Assembly: GCA_963675785.1 (NCBI GenBank)
Contig: OY776562.1
Span: 384,001 to 448,000 of the forward strand
DNA: 64,000 nt
Direction of reading: 5' to 3'
DNA from: Anaerolineae bacterium
GTDB taxonomy: Bacteria > Chloroflexota > Anaerolineae > UBA1429
Shown: one piece after another, positions 58,815 through 64,000 of the stretch
Position numbering within the stretch: the stretch's first letter is position 1
How the letters are laid out: the number at the start of each line of letters is the position of its first letter
Translations under genes and position numbers: made by a program
The notes under the pieces: generated by a model
Seen by the model: only the letters and a program-made list of their open reading frames with translations
Told to the model about the DNA's origin: nothing
The model's database searches: none

Positions 58815-60299
58815 TTATCGCCTGTTTCTTATCAGCAACGTGTAATTTCGCTCTTCCTTGATCGCACGTTCAAATTGTGCTGCCAGATCATCCTCACTGT
58901 CGCCTGTATACCAGGTACACCACGCTTGCCCTAACGCGTCCAGCAGTAGCTCCAGGTTCAGCGTATCGCCAATGTCGTCTTGCCACAACAGAATGGTTGT
59001 CACGGGTGTTGTTTGCTGATGCCGTAATGAAAACTGTTCCAATCCAGCCTTTAAAAAGGCCGTTCGGTCGGTGAGGCATACAAGATGGTAGTGTGAGTTG
59101 TGGCGCAATCCGTCGGCAAGCGCCATGCTTGCACCACGTGTGCAGCGTACATCCACCAGTTCAAAGGGCACCTCGTTGAGGCCCGCCCAAGGACCTGGCT
59201 CTGCTGCGATGATGACGTTTTCTCGACCTATACGTTCACTGATGACTTGCTCCAGTGTTTTGAGGGCAGGGTAGAACGGCGAATCCTCAAAATGGTCTGG
59301 TTCGCCATAAGGATCGTCGTTCTCCGTCGTCGTTGGCAGTGTCAACTCGGGATGCAATTCTGTTAGCGCGGCGAGCACCTGGCTCAATAGTGGGGAGCCT
59401 TCTTCGCGCAGATGACGGCTCGTTTGCCCACAGATGCGCACTTCCAGCTTGGCATCGTGGGCAATGGCCTTGATCTGTTCTTCCACAAATGGCTGCCCAT
59501 TCTCAATCACCAGCACCTGATTGTGGCCGGCCAGCCATTTTGTTACACGCGCGGTTGGCAGCGGCCACACTGTAGAAAGCATCATCAAATCGATCGCATC
59601 GCCGGCGAGCTTGACAGTTTCTCCTGCCATCTCACAACAGGCGCCTACGCCGAGAATACCTGTTTGTTGGCCCAGCGTTTCTGCGTCAAAAGGAGAAGTC
59701 TCGATATCTCGCGTCCAGTGGCGAAGTCGATCATGACTTGCCCTTCTTCGGGCATAGGCAATATGAGATGCGGTGACCCAGCGATTGTGCTTGCGCAAAA
59801 AGTGGATGGCACGGCGTGGTAGCGGCCAAAGACTAGCTTCATTGCAGGCCTGCAAATGGCTATTGCGCAACCTCATGATAATGGGAATGCCAATGCCCTC
59901 GGACCAGGCATAACATTGCAAAAGTAGAGTACCTGCTTCGGCAGCATTGCGCGGTTCTACAACGGGGAGCTCAACCAGCCTGGCAGCCGGTCGGGAATCG
60001 AATTCTGTCCCTGCGCTAGAGCTGCGCAGCCCATCAAAACTTAGAATCACCAGTCCACGATGGCAACCCGTATATGCTGTGGCTGCTAAAGAGCCCAACG
60101 AGGATGCCAGATCGATACCAGCCAGACAGGCAATTGCGCGGCAGCCTGCGATTGTACTGCCCAGCGTCTGGTTTACAGCATTCTCGCCAGAGGCGCACAC
60201 CACAGCCTCAGGATATTCGTGCATGGGGGTAACAAGAGGGCCGCAGAAAAGAGCTTGAACGCCCGCAGCCTCCAGGGCATTATGCAGAGGGTATGACAT
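58815..60299 (-). CDS. Indolepyruvate:ferredoxin oxidoreductase alpha (IorA)-like protein, degenerate
   Basis: GLVI...D....S....DSR, P.VEP, WPLP, VLVIE...PFVE. Catalytic motifs altered; no ferredoxin domain. Confidence 0.6.
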   Translation of the reverse strand: MSYPLHNALEAAGVQALFCGPLVTPMHEYPEAVVCASGENAVNQTLGSTIAGCRAIACLAGIDLASSLGSLAATAYTGCHRGLVILSFDGLRSSSAGTEFDSRPAARLVELPVVEPRNAAEAGTLLLQCYAWSEGIGIPIIMRLRNSHLQACNEASLWPLPRRAIHFLRKHNRWVTASHIAYARRRASHDRLRHWTRDIETSPFDAETLGQQTGILGVGACCEMAGETVKLAGDAIDLMMLSTVWPLPTARVTKWLAGHNQVLVIENGQPFVEEQIKAIAHDAKLEVRICGQTSRHLREEGSPLLSQVLAALTELHPELTLPTTTENDDPYGEPDHFEDSPFYPALKTLEQVISERIGRENVIIAAEPGPWAGLNEVPFELVDVRCTRGASMALADGLRHNSHYHLVCLTDRTAFLKAGLEQFSLRHQQTTPVTTILLWQDDIGDTLNLELLLDALGQAWCTWYTGDSEDDLAAQFERAIKEERNYTLLIRNRR

Positions 60300-60336
60300 G
60301 AGTTCTTTCTATCTGTCTGTCAGAAGCACGGCATTT

Positions 60337-62292
60337 TTAATCGGCATCCGTATCGGGTGCAATGCGCTCAGATTCGAGGTGTTCGAGCTCCTGTTCCATT
60401 TGAGCGATGGTATCTGCGATCTGTTCAATGGCAACACGCTGTTTACGGTAATAATCGGATTCGCTCATCGCCAGGCGATTAGCGATATCACGGATACGCA
60501 TACCTCGTACAAAGCGCAGATCGAGGATGTTGTACAGCGTCCATTCGTTATCACCGATCATTTGGTCACCCTCTGGGCGCAGACGTTCGATGGCTGATTT
60601 GAGGACACTGCGCACGGCGTTGGCCGGGGCCTTTTGATGGTTCTCCATTTCGCGCCGAACGATTTTTAGCTCTAGCAGGTCGTTCTGAGTGAGTCGGCTG
60701 CCTCCCCAATAGTCAGAGAGAGCATCTTTGATGACCTGATCAAAACCTACTACCTCATCTTTGGTCGAGTTATTCATTTGCGCGGCGGTACCGGGTTGTC
60801 GGGCCCGCCATGCCTGAATGGCCTCAACCTCTACTTCAATGCCTTGCAAGAGCGCAAGAATCTGCTGCTGAAAGCGCATATCTTCCATAGCTGCTTCAGC
60901 ACGCTTGACGAGTGCATAGATCGCATCTCGGGTTTGATCGGAAAAGATGGGTTCGGTGCCTTCAAAGCGGGCCCCCAACATTCCCAATGTCGAATCGTCA
61001 GTTCGTGAAAGCAGAGGAAGCACCCAGTGATGATCTACAACGGCAAAGTCACTCTGTGATAAAAAGTCATCTTTACGACTTCCCACAGTTTTTTCCAACA
61101 GATCGTCAACCGAGATATCTTGGAGAAACGATTGGGCATCGTTACGATCTCCGCAGGTCATCTGGAGGGAAAAGCGTTCTTCCTTGATCGTCAGGATAAA
61201 GCCTGAAGGTACGCGTACAAGCTCGCAGAGTGCTACTAGCGTATTTTCCAGCACCTGTTCCAGGTCGGTGCTGGTCAACAAGCGTTCATCCAGTTCTTGC
61301 AGCCAGAGAATTTCTTTTCTATCGCGGTGGTAAACCAGCCGTGCCACCAAGGGTTGCGCCATAGTTATTGCTAATTCCAACACCACAACGGCCATAGCGA
61401 CCACAATGACTACCACAACCTCGCGGGGCAAACCCAGAATATGCTCAAAATGGGGCACCAGCTGCATTAAAATTACCACAGCGATAGCCGTACCAGGGCC
61501 TCGCAGCAAAAAGGTGATGAGGTTCTTTTTGATGACGCGATCAGGCTGTGTGGCGCCTTGGTAGGCCACCGTATAGCCGATGAGTGTCATCATGGCGAGT
61601 ACGGCCATGTTTCCCAAAAGGATAAGACCGTTGATAAGATTCATCGAAAAGAACTGTGCCGTTGGAGGAAGCAACAAGTAGGGAAAGACGCCAATGCTGG
61701 GTGCTGCCACCGCCCATTTGAGATAACCAAGGCGCCGACGATTCACTGTGGTGAGTGTGCGCTTTTGTGCGCGGATGATGTACATCCAGCCAGTGAGTGT
61801 TATCAGGGCATAGTAAGCGGTAAAATACCAGAATCCACTGCCAGCAACCAAATGAAAATCGGGCTCGGTGTTGATGCCACCGACGATGAGATCAGATGAG
61901 AGGGCCATCACTAACACGGTGGCACAAATGACATAACTGAGAAGAACCAAAAGGCGGCGATTCCGGTCTCGTGAACGCGTGTAATCGAGGATGGTTGAGG
62001 CGAAATGAAGATAGGCTGCGGGCATCATGGCAATGCCTAGCCATTGCAAACGGAGCCACATTTCAGCAGACTTGGTCTCTGTGACGCTGTTAACGGCAAT
62101 ATCTGCAATGTAGGTAATAGTAACAAATAGAATCAGAGAACAGAACGCCCGAGCAACGCTACTCTTGTAGTTATGTGCGATGATGTAGAGAAAGAGAGAA
62201 AACCCAAGGATAACGTTTGCCGAAAGCAGGATGGTATTGCCAAAGCTTGTGATTGTCTGAAGAACATACAGCCAATCGATATTCACTGCCAT
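60337..62292 (-). CDS. 7TM (HisKA_7TM-like) sensor + GAF-like + C-terminal HTH one-component regulator
   Basis: About 9 TM helices with WLG....PA...HF; C-terminal YNILDLRFV.G....DIANRLAMSESDYYRKQ. No H-box or HATPase domain. Confidence 0.7.
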   Translation of the reverse strand: MAVNIDWLYVLQTITSFGNTILLSANVILGFSLFLYIIAHNYKSSVARAFCSLILFVTITYIADIAVNSVTETKSAEMWLRLQWLGIAMMPAAYLHFASTILDYTRSRDRNRRLLVLLSYVICATVLVMALSSDLIVGGINTEPDFHLVAGSGFWYFTAYYALITLTGWMYIIRAQKRTLTTVNRRRLGYLKWAVAAPSIGVFPYLLLPPTAQFFSMNLINGLILLGNMAVLAMMTLIGYTVAYQGATQPDRVIKKNLITFLLRGPGTAIAVVILMQLVPHFEHILGLPREVVVVIVVAMAVVVLELAITMAQPLVARLVYHRDRKEILWLQELDERLLTSTDLEQVLENTLVALCELVRVPSGFILTIKEERFSLQMTCGDRNDAQSFLQDISVDDLLEKTVGSRKDDFLSQSDFAVVDHHWVLPLLSRTDDSTLGMLGARFEGTEPIFSDQTRDAIYALVKRAEAAMEDMRFQQQILALLQGIEVEVEAIQAWRARQPGTAAQMNNSTKDEVVGFDQVIKDALSDYWGGSRLTQNDLLELKIVRREMENHQKAPANAVRSVLKSAIERLRPEGDQMIGDNEWTLYNILDLRFVRGMRIRDIANRLAMSESDYYRKQRVAIEQIADTIAQMEQELEHLESERIAPDTDAD

Positions 62293-62304
62293 ATAAAACT
62301 CCGC

Positions 62305-63114
62305 TCAGAGAAACAAGAGGACTGCATAATAGGTGAGCGGTACCGTCACCAGAAGACTGTCCACTCGGTCGAACATACCGCCATGACCGGGGATCAATTG
62401 GGATGAATCTTTGACATGCACCTGGCGTTTGATGGCGGACTCTGCCAGATCGCCAAGAATGGCTCCGATAGAGATAACGAAACCAAGTATCAGGCTCTGC
62501 CACCATTTGAGAGCAATGGGCAGGAGCATGATCAGAAGCATCACGACGAGTGTGCCGACAATGATCTCTGCCGAAGCGCCTTCGATTGTTTTATGTGGGC
62601 TAATCTGCGGCAACAGAGGGGTTTTTCCCCAACGAGAACCAACCAAATAAGCCGCGGTATCGCCAATCCAAGTGCTGACTATGGACAAAAGCAACCACCA
62701 AAAACCTTGGTCCAGGGCTCGTAGGCGCACTGCATAGCTCAGGCAGAAACCGATATAGATGGCCCCAGCGACAGTGAGTGCCCAGCCGTTCATGGTGCCT
62801 TCCTGGTTTTTCCTGCTTAGCTGGATAAAGATTGCGCCTAGCACGAGTAGCAACAGGGTGGTAGATAGGATATTGAATTCGGGGTAGGCGGCATCAAAGA
62901 CAAAAGCTACGGCTGCGATGACCGCGATGGGCAGGCTGGGGCAAGCCGTACCCTGAGGGCCACCTGATTCGGCCTGAACCAGACTAATATATTCGCGCGT
63001 GGCTAATACGGCGCAAAGAGATGTGAAAAGTGTGAGTGCGATATCGCCAAACCAAATGGCTGCAATCACAATAGGTATCAAAACGGCAGCGCTTAGAATG
63101 CGCGTTCGTAGCAT
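62305..63114 (-). CDS. cdsA: Phosphatidate cytidylyltransferase
   Basis: DTAAY, ISPHKTIEG, GDLAESAIKR..KDS..IPGHGG.FDR.DS. Confidence 0.96.
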   Translation of the reverse strand: MLRTRILSAAVLIPIVIAAIWFGDIALTLFTSLCAVLATREYISLVQAESGGPQGTACPSLPIAVIAAVAFVFDAAYPEFNILSTTLLLLVLGAIFIQLSRKNQEGTMNGWALTVAGAIYIGFCLSYAVRLRALDQGFWWLLLSIVSTWIGDTAAYLVGSRWGKTPLLPQISPHKTIEGASAEIIVGTLVVMLLIMLLPIALKWWQSLILGFVISIGAILGDLAESAIKRQVHVKDSSQLIPGHGGMFDRVDSLLVTVPLTYYAVLLFL

Positions 63115-63176
63115 GCCTTCTCCTGATTCATAGCGCACACACAGTCAAACACGTCCACAGGAACGGTGCAGCGTTG

Positions 63177-63914
63177 TTATATGGTGCCTTCGGTAACTTT
63201 GCCAAAGCGTCTCTCACGAGACTGGTATTCCACAAGGGCTTTATACAGCTCCTGACGGTCAAAGTCGGGCCAGAAGACAGGTGTCGAGTACATCTCGGCG
63301 TAGGCGGCCTGCCAGATCAAAAAGTTGGAAAGGCGCATTTCGCCAGCTGTGCGAATGATCAAATCCGGGTCTGGTAATCCGGCTGTGTCGAGATAGCTGG
63401 AAAAAGTCTCCTCATTGATCTGTTCGGGTAAAAGGCCATCGTGAATTGCAGCACGCACGGCATTGAGAATCTCGGCTCGCCCGCCATAATTAAACGCGAT
63501 GTTGAGGATGAGTTCGTGATTGGCTTGCGTGGCATTGACTGCATTGTCTATTTTGGTCAACAACCTGGGCTCCAGTCGCTCTCGGTTTCCGATATGACGA
63601 AACTGAACGCCACTGTCATTCAACTCATCCAGATTGCGGTCAATGGAACGCTCGATGAGCCTGAGTAGTGCCCGCACTTCTTGCTCGGGGCGGTCCCAAT
63701 TCTCTGTCGAAAAGGCATAGAGCGTCAAAACCTCAATGCCAAACTCACGCGCAGCACGAAGAATCTCGTATAGGTTGTCCGTGCCAGCCAGATGGCCCAA
63801 CGATCTGGCCAGGCCACGGCTTTTTGCCCAACGACCGTTTCCATCCATGATAATGGCTACATGGCGAGGCACTGTATGCAATGTGGTTGTGCCTTGCGCG
63901 CTGCTCTCGATCAT
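63177..63914 (-). CDS. uppS: Undecaprenyl/isoprenyl diphosphate synthase
   Basis: HVAIIMDGNGRWA, YAFSTENW, NYGGR, RLSNFLIWQ. Confidence 0.97.
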   Translation of the reverse strand: MIESSAQGTTTLHTVPRHVAIIMDGNGRWAKSRGLARSLGHLAGTDNLYEILRAAREFGIEVLTLYAFSTENWDRPEQEVRALLRLIERSIDRNLDELNDSGVQFRHIGNRERLEPRLLTKIDNAVNATQANHELILNIAFNYGGRAEILNAVRAAIHDGLLPEQINEETFSSYLDTAGLPDPDLIIRTAGEMRLSNFLIWQAAYAEMYSTPVFWPDFDRQELYKALVEYQSRERRFGKVTEGTI

Positions 63915-64000
63915 TACACTTCCATAATCTCGGCCTGCTTTTGCTCACCCAATTCATCGCTCTGTGCGATGTACTTGTCGGTGAGTTTTTGTAGGTCCTC
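63914..64000 (-). CDS. frr: Ribosome recycling factor, C-terminal part (truncated by the window)
   Basis: Minus strand reads EDLQKLTDKYIAQSDELGEQKQAEIMEV*; frr-uppS-cdsA synteny. Confidence 0.9.
   Translation of the reverse strand, partial: EDLQKLTDKYIAQSDELGEQKQAEIMEV

Overview
Gene-dense, mostly core-genome bacterial window. It is probably from an anaerobic Chloroflexota (Anaerolineae-like) organism. This is inferred from PT-rich secreted proteins, an 'LPLI' motif and the 7TM-HTH gene after cdsA; taxonomy was not verified by search. It contains about 55 CDS. Recognisable housekeeping genes are pckA, pepF, trmD-rplS-rnhB, mutS, murI, trmFO, dapL-hflX, a ParC-like type II topoisomerase A subunit and frr-uppS-cdsA. 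There is also a complete 9-gene V/A-type ATPase operon, a MoxR/DUF58 cluster, tRNA-Arg(CCT), and a fluoride riboswitch in front of fluC/crcB. No integrase, transposase, prophage or CRISPR array was seen. The most notable items are: (1) a 20-bp hairpin tandem array directly upstream of a catalytically degenerate AlbA_2/Schlafen-HATPase-HTH gene; (2) a candidate Na+-riboswitch-like RNA in the leader of a V-ATPase whose c subunit lacks the Na+ signature; (3) a translationally coupled tandem pair of thymidylate-kinase-like genes; (4) an archaeal-type PurO; (5) a probable AUU start for hflX; (6) several apparent pseudoenzymes. All calls come from motif recognition by eye; no database searches were run.
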